Notes under the pieces: generated by a model | Told to the model about the DNA's origin: nothing | The model's database searches: none | What the model saw: only the letters and a program-made list of their open reading frames with translations | Part shown: positions 39,988-50,391 of the stretch, piece after piece | Layout of the letters: each line of letters starts with the position of its first letter | How positions within the stretch are numbered: position 1 is the first letter of the stretch | Source: Spirochaetia bacterium | Lineage (GTDB): Bacteria; Spirochaetota; Spirochaetia; SZUA-6; Bin103 | DNA length: 64,000 bases | Reading direction: 5' to 3' | Assembly: GCA_965208575.1 (NCBI GenBank) | Contig: CBDBOV010000005.1 | Coordinates: 928,001 to 992,000 of the forward strand | Program-made: the position numbers and the translations under genes

Positions 39988-40983
39988 ATGGTCGACTATC
40001 TGATTCGCCGGTTCATGAACATGCTGCTGGCACTGATCGTGATCTCGTTCCTGTCGTTCGTGATCATCCAGTTGCCGCCGGGCGACTACCTGACCAGCTA
40101 CATCACCCGCCTGCGCGCGCAGGGGGAGTTGGTGAGCGAGGAGATGGTGGCCAGCCTGACCATGCAGTACGGGCTCGACAAGTCGTTCATGGGCCAGTAC
40201 TGGAAGTGGATCACCAACTTCGTGCAGGGCGACATGGGGCAGTCGTTCCGCTACCAGACCCCGGTTAACGACCTGGTGTGGGAGCGGATCGGGCTGACGC
40301 TGGTGATCTCCACTTCCTCCCTGATGTTCATCTGGGTCGTGGCCTTCCCGGTGGGCATCTACGTGGCGGTGCGGCAGTATTCGCCGGGCGACTACGTGGC
40401 GACGTTCTTCAGCTTCATCGGGCTGGCGATTCCCAACTTCATGCTGGCGCTGGTGCTGATGTACGTCAGCTTCCGCTACTTGCGGATCGACGTGGGCGGC
40501 CTGTTCTCGCTGGAGTACCAGGACGCTCCCTGGTCGTTCGGCAAGGTGATCGACCTGATCGGCCACCTGTGGATTCCCACCATCGTGCTCGGCTCGGCCG
40601 GCACCGCGGGGCTGGTGCGCATCATGCGCGCCAACCTGCTCGACGAGTTGCGCAAGCTGTACGTGATCACGGCGCGCGCCAAGGGACTGACCGAGAACCG
40701 CATCGTGATGAAGTACCCGGTGCGGGTGGCGCTCAACCCGTTCATCAGTACGGTGGGGTGGACCCTGCCGCAGCTCATCTCGGGCGCCACCATCACCGCG
40801 GTGGTGCTCAACCTGCCGACCACCGGACCGCTGCTGATCGACGCGCTGCTGGCGCAGGACATGTTCCTGGCCGGCAGCTTCATCATGCTGCTGAGCATTC
40901 TCACCGTGATCGGCACCCTGATCTCGGACCTGCTGCTGATCGTGATCGATCCGCGCATCCGGTTCGAGAAGAAAGCGGGTTAG
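39988..40983 (+). CDS. ABC permease (DppB-like)
   Basis: IIQLPPGDY, PNFMLAL, MRANLLDEL..TARAKG, DPRIR. Confidence 0.9.
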   Translation: MVDYLIRRFMNMLLALIVISFLSFVIIQLPPGDYLTSYITRLRAQGELVSEEMVASLTMQYGLDKSFMGQYWKWITNFVQGDMGQSFRYQTPVNDLVWERIGLTLVISTSSLMFIWVVAFPVGIYVAVRQYSPGDYVATFFSFIGLAIPNFMLALVLMYVSFRYLRIDVGGLFSLEYQDAPWSFGKVIDLIGHLWIPTIVLGSAGTAGLVRIMRANLLDELRKLYVITARAKGLTENRIVMKYPVRVALNPFISTVGWTLPQLISGATITAVVLNLPTTGPLLIDALLAQDMFLAGSFIMLLSILTVIGTLISDLLLIVIDPRIRFEKKAG

Positions 40984-40996
40984 GCGGGAGCGGGCG

Positions 40997-42187
40997 ATGG
41001 CGGAGGCGGATCGCGGGCACGGCCCCCAGGTCGAGACGCGCGAACTGGTGGTGCCGCGCGTTACGGACGCCGAGCGTGCCGCCGAGCTCGACGACCGCGA
41101 CGACCGCGAGTTCTACGCGTCGCAGTGGCAGCTCATGCGCCGCCGCTTCTTTCGCCACAAGGTGGCGGTGGGGGCGACCATCGCGCTCGCCGTGCTGTAC
41201 CTGGCGGCGTTGTTCTCGCCGTTCCTGAGCCCGCACGACCCGGTGCTGCGCAGCCTGGCCTACAAGGAGGCGCCGCCCATGGTGGTGCGCTTGTTCGAGG
41301 AGGGGCGCCTGCGCGGGCCGTTCGTGTACCCGCTGGTGAGCGAGCTGGACCGGGAGACCTACGAGAACGTCTACCAGGAGGATCGCGCGCAGCGCTACCC
41401 GGTAAAGCTGTTCGTGCGTGGCTTCGAGTACAAGCTGTTCGGGCTGTTCCCGTCCGATATGCACCTGTTCGGTACCGGCGTGGAGGGCGTGCCGGTGCAC
41501 CTGTTCGGCACCGACGCGCTCGGCCGCGACGTGTTCTCGCGCACGTTGTACGGCGCCCAGATCTCGCTGTCGGTGGGCCTGGTCGGGGTCGCGATCAGCT
41601 TCTTCCTGGGCATCCTGATCGGCGGCGTGGCCGGCTTCTTCGGCGGCACCGTGGACGAGGTGATCCAGCGCATGATCGAGATCATCATCGGCATTCCCAG
41701 CCTGCCGCTGTGGATGGGGCTGAGCGCGGCGCTTCCCACCGGCTGGCCGGTGCTCAAGATGTACTTCGCCATCACCGTGATCGTGTCGCTGATCGGCTGG
41801 ACCAGCCTGGCGCGCGTAGTGCGCGGCAAGTTCCTGTCGCTGCGCGAGGAGGACTTCGTGGTGGCCGCCAAGCTGGCCGGCCGGCGCGACGTGCCCACCA
41901 TCTTCCTGCACATGGTGCCGTCGTTCCTGAGCCACATCATTGCCTCACTGACCCTGGCGATCCCGACCATGATCCTGGCCGAGACCGCGCTCAGCTTCCT
42001 GGGCCTGGGCATGCAGCCGCCGGCGATCAGTTGGGGCGTGCTGCTCAAGGCGGCCCAGAACGTGCACTCCATCGCGCTCGCCCCGTGGCTGATGATCCCC
42101 GGCCTGTTCGTGATCATCACCGTGCTCGCCTTCAACTTCGTCGGCGACGGCCTGCGCGACGCCGCCGACCCCTACGCATCACATTGA
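40997..42187 (+). CDS. ABC permease (DppC-like)
   Basis: [37 protein letters not shown]. Confidence 0.9.
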   Translation: MAEADRGHGPQVETRELVVPRVTDAERAAELDDRDDREFYASQWQLMRRRFFRHKVAVGATIALAVLYLAALFSPFLSPHDPVLRSLAYKEAPPMVVRLFEEGRLRGPFVYPLVSELDRETYENVYQEDRAQRYPVKLFVRGFEYKLFGLFPSDMHLFGTGVEGVPVHLFGTDALGRDVFSRTLYGAQISLSVGLVGVAISFFLGILIGGVAGFFGGTVDEVIQRMIEIIIGIPSLPLWMGLSAALPTGWPVLKMYFAITVIVSLIGWTSLARVVRGKFLSLREEDFVVAAKLAGRRDVPTIFLHMVPSFLSHIIASLTLAIPTMILAETALSFLGLGMQPPAISWGVLLKAAQNVHSIALAPWLMIPGLFVIITVLAFNFVGDGLRDAADPYASH

Positions 42188-42230
42188 TACGTCTCACCTC
42201 CCACTGACAGGCCTCGCATCGCATCGATGC

Positions 42231-44048
42231 CTGCCGCCGGTCGAGGAGCGGCTGCCCGACAACCCGCAGGTCATGGAGCCGTGGGAAGAGGTCGGCAGAT
42301 ACGGCGGCACGCTGCGCACAACCAGCCTGGATCCCAACTGGGACCCGATCATCCGCCACGTGGCCAACGCCGACCTGGTGGAGATGCTGGCCAGTCCCAC
42401 CGCTCACCATGCCAACCTGGTGGGCGTTGAGGTGCGTCCGGGGGTGTACGAGGACTGGTCGATCAGCGACGACGGCACCAGTTGGACCTTCACGCTGCGG
42501 CGCGGCTTGAAGTGGTCGGATGGGGAACGGGTCACCACCGAGGACGTACGCTTCTTCTTCGAGGACATCATGGAGAACGAGGACCTCTACCCCAACTACC
42601 CGGTGTGGCTGGTGCGCGGGGGGCAGCCCCCCGAGTTCGTGGCGGTGGACGAGCAAACGTTCCGCCTCGACTTCGCGGAGCCCTACGGCCTGCTGGAGGT
42701 TATTCTTCATACCCACGGCAGCGGCGGCGTGGCACGGACCATGAAGCCGGCCCACTACCTGAAGCAGTTCCATCGCGACTACAACGACATGGACAGGATT
42801 CTTCCGGTCATGAAGGAGAAGGGCTTCGGCGAAGACGAGTGGCCGCGCTTCATGCTGGAAACCGGGGCCGGCCTGCTGAGCTGGGACGGCACCTACATGA
42901 TGGCCGTGATGGAGCCCCTGGAGTTCCCGGTAGTGAACCCCTGGCAGGTGCAGGAGGTGATCGGCCCCGGCGAATACCTGTTCGTGCGCAATCCCTACTA
43001 CTTCAAGATCGACACCGCCGGCAATCAGCTTCCCTACATCGACTACATCCGCAAGTCCACCGCCGAGGATCCGGAGGTGCTGTCGCTGAAGATTCTGACC
43101 GGTGAGCTGGACGTCGAGGGAGGTTACTTCGTCAAGCTGAGCGACTATCCGCTGTACGTGGAAAACCAGGACAAGGGCAACTTCGACATTCTGCTGACCA
43201 AGGACTGGCTCGACCACCCGTTGATCTTCTTCTTCAACAACGCGCCGGCGGACCCGGTGCTCAGGGAGCTGGTGCAGGACCCGCGTCTCGGCCAGGCGAT
43301 GTCGCTGGCGCTCGACCGGCAGGACTTCATCGAGTCTCTGTTCCTGGGCTTCGGCCGTCCCGCGCAGGTGTCGCCGGTGCGCGGCAACCCGATGTTCAGA
43401 CAGGAGCTGGAAGATTCCTACGCCGCCTACGATCCCGACCAGGCCAATGCCCTGCTCGATGCGATGGGCCTGGAGTGGGATGCCAACAACGAGTTCCGCC
43501 TGCGTCCCGACGGCGAGCGGTTTACCATTCCGCTGACCTACTACGAGGTGTTCCCGTCGGTCACGCCGGGTTCCGAGCTGGCGTCGCAGTACTGGAAGGA
43601 TATCGGTATCCACGTGCCTACCAAGGCGATGGACGGCGGCGCCTGGTGGACGGCGTTCCAGGCCAATGAGCACGTGCTCACTACCTGGGGCCTGGGCAGC
43701 GCCAGTGTCGTGCCGTCCTGGTTCTTCCAGGGCTTCAGCACCACCACACCCACCTGGTGGCGCTGGTACCAGACCGGCGGCGCCGAGGGTGTCGAGCCGA
43801 CCGCAGCGGGCAAGCGGGCGTACGAATTGCGCGACATCATCCAGTCCACCCCGTCCGCGGAGGAGCGCCTGGCCGCAAGCCGCGAGGTGTTCGAGATTCA
43901 GGCCGAGCACCTGTGGGTGATCGGCGTGGCGGTGGACGTTCCTTCGCCGCTGGTGCACTCCCGGCGGATCGGCAACATCGGCATCGCCAAGGACTTCTAC
44001 AACATCACCGTGCTCGACGGCGGCGAGCAATGGTTCTTTAAGAACTGA
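42231..44048 (+). pseudogene. Family 5 ABC substrate-binding protein, 5'-truncated (no signal peptide)
   Basis: Homology to the 37846 SBP starts abruptly at LPPVEERLPDNPQVMEP (42231), 43 bp after the previous stop; first in-frame ATG is 42273. Confidence 0.7.
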
Positions 44049-44083
44049 TGGTTCTTCAAGAACTGATGGTTCTTTAGAACTGA
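44031..44083. repeat. 3 x 17-18 bp tandem repeat of the SBP stop-codon region
   Basis: tggttctttaagaactga / tggttcttcaagaactga / tggttctttagaactga. Confidence 0.9.
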
Positions 44084-44166
44084 GTCGCCGAGACGGTTGA
44101 TTCGTACCGCAGAACGTGAGATGCCCGTCGGCGCCGTGACAACGGCTGCCGGCGGGCTCTGATCCT

Positions 44167-45159
44167 GTGCTGTACTACCTCCTGCGCCGCTCGCTCTACA
44201 TGCTGCTGTTGCTGGTGGTGCTGTCGATGGCGGGCTTCGCCATCATCCAGCTCCCGCCCGGCGACTACCTGAACAGCTATATCCAGGCGCTGGCGATGCG
44301 CGGCGCCGCCCCGGACGAAGCGGAGCTGGCCGCGCTCAAGCGCCAGTACGGCCTCGACCTGCCGCTGCACCGCCAATACCTGAAGTGGGCCGGGCGCGCG
44401 CTGGCCGGTGATTTCGGTCGCTCCATGGACTGGCGCAAGCCGGTCTCGGAGCTGATCGCCGACCGCATGCTGCTGACGGTGATCATGAACGCCGCGGCGA
44501 TGGTGTTCATCTACGTGGTGGCGATTCCGATCGGGATTTTCGCCGCCACCCACCAATACTCGGTCGGCGACCACGCGCTGACGGTGGTCAGCCTGACCGG
44601 GCTGGCGACGCCGCAGTTCCTGCTGGCGCTGGTGCTGATGGTGTTCATGGTGCGCAACTTCGGCGCCAGCGTCGGCGGCCTGTTCTCGCCCGAGTACGTC
44701 GACGCCGCCTGGAGCGTGGGCCGGGTGATCGACCTGCTGGCGCACCTGCCGGTGCCGGTGGTCATCATCGGCCTGTCCGGGACCGCGGCGCTGATCCGGG
44801 TGATGCGCAGCGGGGTGCTCGACGAGTTGAAGAAGCAGTACGTGGTGACCGCCCGCGCCAAGGGCGCCACCGAACGCGCCCTGCTGTTCAAGTACCCGGT
44901 GCGGGTGGCGATCAACCCGATCATCAGCACGGTCGGCTGGATGCTGCCGGCCACCATCTCGGGCGGCACCATCACGGCGGTGGTGCTCAGCCTGCCCACG
45001 GTGGGCCCGATGCTGCTGCGCGCCCTGCGCAACCAGGACATGTTCCTGGGCGGCACCATCGTCATGCTGCTCGGCTTCCTGACCGTGATCGGGACCTTCG
45101 TCTCCGACATGCTGCTGATGTGGATCGACCCGCGCATCCGTTACGAACGGAGCCGTTGA
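44167..45159 (+). CDS. ABC permease (DppB-like)
   Basis: Paralogue of 39988: IIQLPPGDY, LDELKKQYVVTARAKG, DPRIRY. Confidence 0.9.
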   Translation: MLYYLLRRSLYMLLLLVVLSMAGFAIIQLPPGDYLNSYIQALAMRGAAPDEAELAALKRQYGLDLPLHRQYLKWAGRALAGDFGRSMDWRKPVSELIADRMLLTVIMNAAAMVFIYVVAIPIGIFAATHQYSVGDHALTVVSLTGLATPQFLLALVLMVFMVRNFGASVGGLFSPEYVDAAWSVGRVIDLLAHLPVPVVIIGLSGTAALIRVMRSGVLDELKKQYVVTARAKGATERALLFKYPVRVAINPIISTVGWMLPATISGGTITAVVLSLPTVGPMLLRALRNQDMFLGGTIVMLLGFLTVIGTFVSDMLLMWIDPRIRYERSR

Positions 45160-45162
45160 ACG

Positions 45163-46305
45163 GTGGCGGAGCCGCAGGTGTCGAGTGCTGTCGCGACCGC
45201 CGCCGAGCAGGCGGAAGAGCGTCTCTTTCTCGCTTCGCAGTGGCGCCTCATGTGGCGTCGCCTGGGCCGCCACCGGGTGGCGCTGGCCGGCGGCGTGGTA
45301 CTGCTGCTGTTCTACCTCACCATGTGCCTGGGGGCGGAGTTCGTCGCCCCCTACACCAAGGACACCCGCTTCAAGGCATTCTCGTTCGCCCCGCCGGCGC
45401 GGATTCGCGTGGTAGACGCCGACGGGCGCCTGCGGCTGCCGTTCGTCTACGGCCTGGAGTCGGGACGCGATCCGGTTTCGTTCCGCAAGGTGTACACCGA
45501 GGACGTGAGCGTCCGTTACCCGCTGCGCCTGTTCGCGCGCGGCGAGCCGTACCTGCTGTGGGGGCGATTCCCGGCCGACCGCCACCTGATCGGCGTGGAC
45601 GAGCCGGGCCTGCTGCTGCTGTTCGGCAGCGACGAGCTGGGCCGCGACCTGTTTTCGCGCACCCTGTACGGGGGCCGCATCTCGCTGTCGATCGGCCTGG
45701 TCGGGGTGGCGGTGAGCTTCGTGCTCGGCTGCATCCTGGGCGGGCTGTCGGGGTTCTACGGCGGCGGCATCGACAATGCCATACAGCGCGTCATCGAGTT
45801 CCTGCTGTCGATACCCACCATCCCGCTGTGGATGGCGCTGGCGGCGGCGGTGCCGGTCGACTGGCCGCCGCTGCGGGTGTACTTCGGCATCACCATCATC
45901 CTGTCGATCATCGGCTGGACGGCGCTGGCGCGGGTGGTGCGCGGCAAGCTGATCAGCACCCGCGAGGAGGACTTCGTGGTGGCGGCACAGATCGCCGGCT
46001 CGACCGAGCGCAAGATCATCGTACGCCACCTGCTGCCGTCGTTCCTGAGCTACCTGATCGTCGACCTGACGCTGTCGATCCCGCGCATGATCCTGGGCGA
46101 GACGGCGCTCAGCTTCCTGGGCCTGGGGCTACGCCCGCCGGTGGTGAGCTGGGGAGTGCTGCTGAACCAGGCGCAGAACGTCAAGGCGGTGGCCCTGCAC
46201 CCGTGGATGCTGATCCCGGCGGTGTTCGTGATCGTGTCGGTGCTGGCCTTCAACCTGCTCGGCGACGGCCTGCGCGACGCCGCCGACCCCTACGCCTCGC
46301 ATTGA
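45163..46305 (+). CDS. ABC permease (DppC-like)
   Basis: Paralogue of 40997: [29 protein letters not shown]. Confidence 0.9.
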   Translation: MAEPQVSSAVATAAEQAEERLFLASQWRLMWRRLGRHRVALAGGVVLLLFYLTMCLGAEFVAPYTKDTRFKAFSFAPPARIRVVDADGRLRLPFVYGLESGRDPVSFRKVYTEDVSVRYPLRLFARGEPYLLWGRFPADRHLIGVDEPGLLLLFGSDELGRDLFSRTLYGGRISLSIGLVGVAVSFVLGCILGGLSGFYGGGIDNAIQRVIEFLLSIPTIPLWMALAAAVPVDWPPLRVYFGITIILSIIGWTALARVVRGKLISTREEDFVVAAQIAGSTERKIIVRHLLPSFLSYLIVDLTLSIPRMILGETALSFLGLGLRPPVVSWGVLLNQAQNVKAVALHPWMLIPAVFVIVSVLAFNLLGDGLRDAADPYASH

Positions 46306-46310
46306 TGCGT
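46106..46310 (+). repeat. Left copy of direct repeat (permease 3' end)
   Basis: 46200-46310 is identical to 52093-52203 (111 bp); 46106-46199 aligns with indels to 52007-52092. Confidence 0.92.
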
Positions 46311-46554
46311 TGCGTATGCATGACCGCTCACTTCCCTCTCGACAGAACACTACCGAAGCCCAAAGTGGCGCCGGTCCGGGTTGCGCATCCACTTGTTCCG
46401 CGGCCACAGGGACATGCCTCCGCCATGACGACCATCGGCTACCCGAGCTTCACCCGGTGCGCAACCCTTTTGACCTGATCCACGCCAAACAAGTACTCTC
46501 GTGTGCATCTCCTATTCTGAGGTCCCAATATCCCGGTTAGAGGACGAACACCCC

Positions 46555-49500
46555 ATGGCGACTATGCAAGCGGTTTTTGAGCGACTGATAGACTCCGGTG
46601 ATCTGCACTGCATGGATCGAGTCGACTTGCCTGCTCGTGCCCAGCGGCTCGCTACGATACCAGAGGGATTCCGCACCGGCGCGCCGGGCCGGTGGTTGAT
46701 GAACGATCCCAAGCTCGAAGGGAGACTGTGGCTCCACCAAGCCAAGGCAATGAGAGCTGCTGCACAAGGCAAGAATGTTATCGTTTCGACCGGAACAGCA
46801 TCCGGAAAATCGTTAGTCTTTCAATCTATTGCGTACCGAACCATGGAGGTCGATGACGAGGCCGTCGTCATGGTTTTCTACCCACTCAAAGCGCTGGCGA
46901 ATGATCAGTGGGAGTCATGGCGAGACAGTGCTGAAGCGGCAGGTTTCAGCAGAGCATTAGTCGACCGAATAGATGGATCAGTACCGCGCCATGAGCGGGC
47001 CCAGAAACTTCGTGATGCCCGAATAGTACTGATGACTCCAGACGTTTGTCATGCTTGGTTGATGCAGGAGATATCGAATCCTTACCACGCCGAATTTATT
47101 TCTCGGTTGGCGTTGATAATCATCGATGAGGCGCATACACTCGAGGGGGTATTCGGGAGTAATTTTGCATATTTGTTCCGCCGAGTATGTGCAGTCAGAT
47201 ATCGTGTTCTCCAATCCAATAAGAGGCAAACCAAGTTGCAGGTAGTTGCCGCCAGTGCAACGATAGATGCTCCCGATAATCATCTCGGTAGTCTCACGGG
47301 AATGCAGTACGTAACGGTTGCTGAATCCGACAATGGGTCACCACGAAGTGCGCAGGCTATCATACACATCCAGGAGAAGCCATCCGATAAGGAGATCGGC
47401 GCTATTCTTCGACGATTGGTGGATGAATCTGATGACGGTAGTTTCATAGTGTTCAGGGACTCAAGGATGGGAGCTGAGCGCATTGCCGCGCAGGTGGACC
47501 GTCCCAAGCGCATCAATCCATACAGAAGCGGTTACGAGCCTAAAGACCGTACCGCAATTGAAGATGCTCTCCGGAAGGGCTCCCTCAGGGGAGTCGTCTC
47601 CACGTCTGCGCTCGAACTAGGGATCGACATTCCTCACTTTTCCGTTGGCCTGAACATCGGTGTACCGCACTCGCGCAAGTCGTTCCGTCAGCGTCTCGGG
47701 CGTGTCGGACGACTTGGTCCCGGCGTGTTCGGCATCGTCGCCCCATCCTTTGCGTTCAATCGCTTCGGGATGACACTGATGGACTATTATCGCGAGTCGG
47801 TGGAGCCGTCTTACCTGTACCTGAATAACCGCTTCATGCAGTATGCACATGCTCGCTGCCTCGCCGAAGAACTGGAGATGCTCGGTATGGGCGGGCGCAA
47901 GAGGGTTCCGGGTAGGGTGTCTTGGCCGGATGGATTCAGCGAGAAACTCGATTTTGCATATGCCGGAAGCCCTGCCGCGCGGCCCCGCGAGTACGATCAG
48001 ATATTCAACATCGGAGGCGATCAGCCTCATCTCAACTATCCGTTGCGAGGGATAGCGGAGGAGACGTTCACCGTCGGTAGAGGCGGACCGGCTGGAAGCA
48101 TCGTTCGTTTTGAGCAGCTGAGCCTGCAACAAGCTGTTCGCGAAGCTTTTCCGGGGGCGATCTATCTTAGTCGGGCTCGTGGGTGGAGGGTGCAGGAGTG
48201 GAGAAACACGGCGTTTGAGCGGACGATCCGCGTGGCTCCGTCGTCTTCTCTCCGCTCACCGAAGCCACTTATAAGGACCTACGTGAACTTGAGTCTGGAC
48301 GTAGAGAGCGTGGTGGAGGGACACCTGCGATCGAGCAGCCAAGGAGTCCTTGCGGAGTGTCAACTGCAGATCACCGAGCGGGTCGAAGGCTACCGGCAGG
48401 GTGACGAGCGATTCTTTTACAAGGAACTCCGCCAAACGAAACGTGGAATGACTCCGAAGACACGTGACTTCCGCACCACTGGCATCGTGTTGCGAATTCA
48501 AGACCCGTGGTTTGCGGAAAAGGGCGTCAAGGAAGCCGTCGCGGAGGCTCTCCGTGAACTCATTCTAAGTGAGTACAGCATATCGCCCAATGATGTCGGC
48601 TCTGCGGCCACCAATGTCTCCGAGGTACGTAACGGGAGGCGCCAACGGCTGACCGACACTGTCGTCCTCTTTGACTCGACCCACGGCAGTCTGCGATTGA
48701 CCGAGCCAGCGTATACTGATTTGGATCATCTGTTGCAACGGCTCAGCCGTTCGGTTGAGATGACTGCGCCAAACGAGCACCTTCTTTCGTCGAATACTAT
48801 CCAGCGTCTACGCGAGTGGTTCAGTCGACTCGAAAGGAGCGGGTCCTCGGATATCGCCGGCCTCGGAACACCGGATGAGGCGGTTCCGGAAGGCTGGTTG
48901 CATGTGTTTGACGCCGGAAGCCTGGTCGCATACCGAGATTCGAAGCAAGTACTTCGTGACATCACGATTACCGGTCGACAGTTGATGCAAATGGGTGACG
49001 GATTACACTTGGTGTACACCTATCAAGGGGACGGCTTTACTGCCTCGATCCCGGCTGATCGAGTCGAAGCCGTTGGCGAGAACTGGGACATGGTGTATTG
49101 GAATCCGAAGACCAACGAGTGCCGTGAGTCATTCGACGAGACTCCGGCGCCGACCATCCGAGACGACTTGGGCACTAGTCCCTACATCGTTGGGAATCCC
49201 GTGGACCAGGAAGACATGTTCTTCGGCCGCGCGGTTGTCATGGACCAGATCAAAAGGCAACTCGGCGGCGGCAACCACGCCAATGTGATCTTGCTTGAGG
49301 GCAACCGCCGAACCGGCAAGACGTCGATCCTGCGGCAACTGGACAAAACGGAACTTCTCTCCGGTTGGGTGCCAGTGTACTGTTCGCTTCAGGACGTAGA
49401 TAGTATCGCCACTGCTGACATTTTCAGGTTGTTGATGCTAAAAACTGGTTGGACGCTCGCCGACGCCGGCATTGATACTTGGATACCCGGTGTGACGCGT

Positions 49501-50391
49501 CCTGACTCCCAACAGCCCCACAAACTATCATTCCGCTCGGCGCTTGGTCGCGCTCTTGCCGAGGGGCATCCATTCGAGACACTCGAGCTCTATCTTTCCG
49601 CAGCGATCGAGGCAGCCAAGCCACTCCGGATCCTGCTCATGCTGGACGAATTCGACAAGCTCCAGGAGGGTATCGACCGCGGTATAACCAGCGCCCAAGT
49701 TCCTGAGAACATCCGTCACCTGCTGCAGCACCAATCAGGTCTCGGTGCGATCATCACCGGATCCCGTCGTCTAAAGAGGCTGCGAAAGGAATACTGGTCG
49801 GCGTTGTTCGGGTTCGGCTATCGCATCGGGGTGAGCGCGCTGCCGCGCGACGAAGCGGAGCGGCTAGTGACTGAGCCGGTTGCAGGTCTTCTCGACTACG
49901 ATCCGCGAGCATGTGGTCGGGTGGTGGACGTGTGTGCTTGTCATCCGTTCTTGGTCCAGTCGCTTTGTAGCCGGATCTTCGACCGGGCAGCGACCGAAGG
50001 AAAACGAACGATCACGGTCGACATGGTCGAACGTGCGTCAAGTGAAATGGTGCGGGACAACGAGCACTTCCACACCTTATGGGGCTACGCCGGCAGCGAG
50101 CGCCGGAGACTGATCCTGGCGATCTGCTCCGCGTTGGGGAACGGGACCCAAGCCGTAGGCCTTGCGCAGCTAAGCACCAAACTCGATGAGAGTGGAGTTT
50201 CGATTCATAGCGACGATGAGTTGACAGAAGATGTCTCCGAACTCCGCGAGCTTGAGATGATCGAATTCGATGAGTCATCGAATGGCGGCACCTATCGGCT
50301 ATCCGTACCTCTGATGGCCACTTGGATCGAAATGAACGTCGACTTCCAAGATTTGTTGGCACGTGCCGTCTGGGAGGGTAAGTCCGCGTGA
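46555..50391 (+). CDS. YprA/Hrq1-like DEAH helicase fused to a C-terminal STAND-like AAA ATPase
   Basis: LWLHQ, TGTASGKS, YPLKALANDQ, IIDEAH, ASATI, YRSGY, TSALELGIDI, QRLGRVGR; then PYIVGNPV..FFGR, GNRRTGKTS, LLMLDEFD, HPFLVQ and a wHTH-like end. Confidence 0.8.
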   Translation: MATMQAVFERLIDSGDLHCMDRVDLPARAQRLATIPEGFRTGAPGRWLMNDPKLEGRLWLHQAKAMRAAAQGKNVIVSTGTASGKSLVFQSIAYRTMEVDDEAVVMVFYPLKALANDQWESWRDSAEAAGFSRALVDRIDGSVPRHERAQKLRDARIVLMTPDVCHAWLMQEISNPYHAEFISRLALIIIDEAHTLEGVFGSNFAYLFRRVCAVRYRVLQSNKRQTKLQVVAASATIDAPDNHLGSLTGMQYVTVAESDNGSPRSAQAIIHIQEKPSDKEIGAILRRLVDESDDGSFIVFRDSRMGAERIAAQVDRPKRINPYRSGYEPKDRTAIEDALRKGSLRGVVSTSALELGIDIPHFSVGLNIGVPHSRKSFRQRLGRVGRLGPGVFGIVAPSFAFNRFGMTLMDYYRESVEPSYLYLNNRFMQYAHARCLAEELEMLGMGGRKRVPGRVSWPDGFSEKLDFAYAGSPAARPREYDQIFNIGGDQPHLNYPLRGIAEETFTVGRGGPAGSIVRFEQLSLQQAVREAFPGAIYLSRARGWRVQEWRNTAFERTIRVAPSSSLRSPKPLIRTYVNLSLDVESVVEGHLRSSSQGVLAECQLQITERVEGYRQGDERFFYKELRQTKRGMTPKTRDFRTTGIVLRIQDPWFAEKGVKEAVAEALRELILSEYSISPNDVGSAATNVSEVRNGRRQRLTDTVVLFDSTHGSLRLTEPAYTDLDHLLQRLSRSVEMTAPNEHLLSSNTIQRLREWFSRLERSGSSDIAGLGTPDEAVPEGWLHVFDAGSLVAYRDSKQVLRDITITGRQLMQMGDGLHLVYTYQGDGFTASIPADRVEAVGENWDMVYWNPKTNECRESFDETPAPTIRDDLGTSPYIVGNPVDQEDMFFGRAVVMDQIKRQLGGGNHANVILLEGNRRTGKTSILRQLDKTELLSGWVPVYCSLQDVDSIATADIFRLLMLKTGWTLADAGIDTWIPGVTRPDSQQPHKLSFRSALGRALAEGHPFETLELYLSAAIEAAKPLRILLMLDEFDKLQEGIDRGITSAQVPENIRHLLQHQSGLGAIITGSRRLKRLRKEYWSALFGFGYRIGVSALPRDEAERLVTEPVAGLLDYDPRACGRVVDVCACHPFLVQSLCSRIFDRAATEGKRTITVDMVERASSEMVRDNEHFHTLWGYAGSERRRLILAICSALGNGTQAVGLAQLSTKLDESGVSIHSDDELTEDVSELRELEMIEFDESSNGGTYRLSVPLMATWIEMNVDFQDLLARAVWEGKSA

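Noticed and set aside
44031-44083. Mini CRISPR array
   Set aside because: Units are 17-18 bp, directly adjacent with no spacers, and there are no cas genes.
46311-46554. Integrase, transposase or tRNA att site at the island edge
   Set aside because: No recombinase motifs, terminal inverted repeats or cloverleaf were found.
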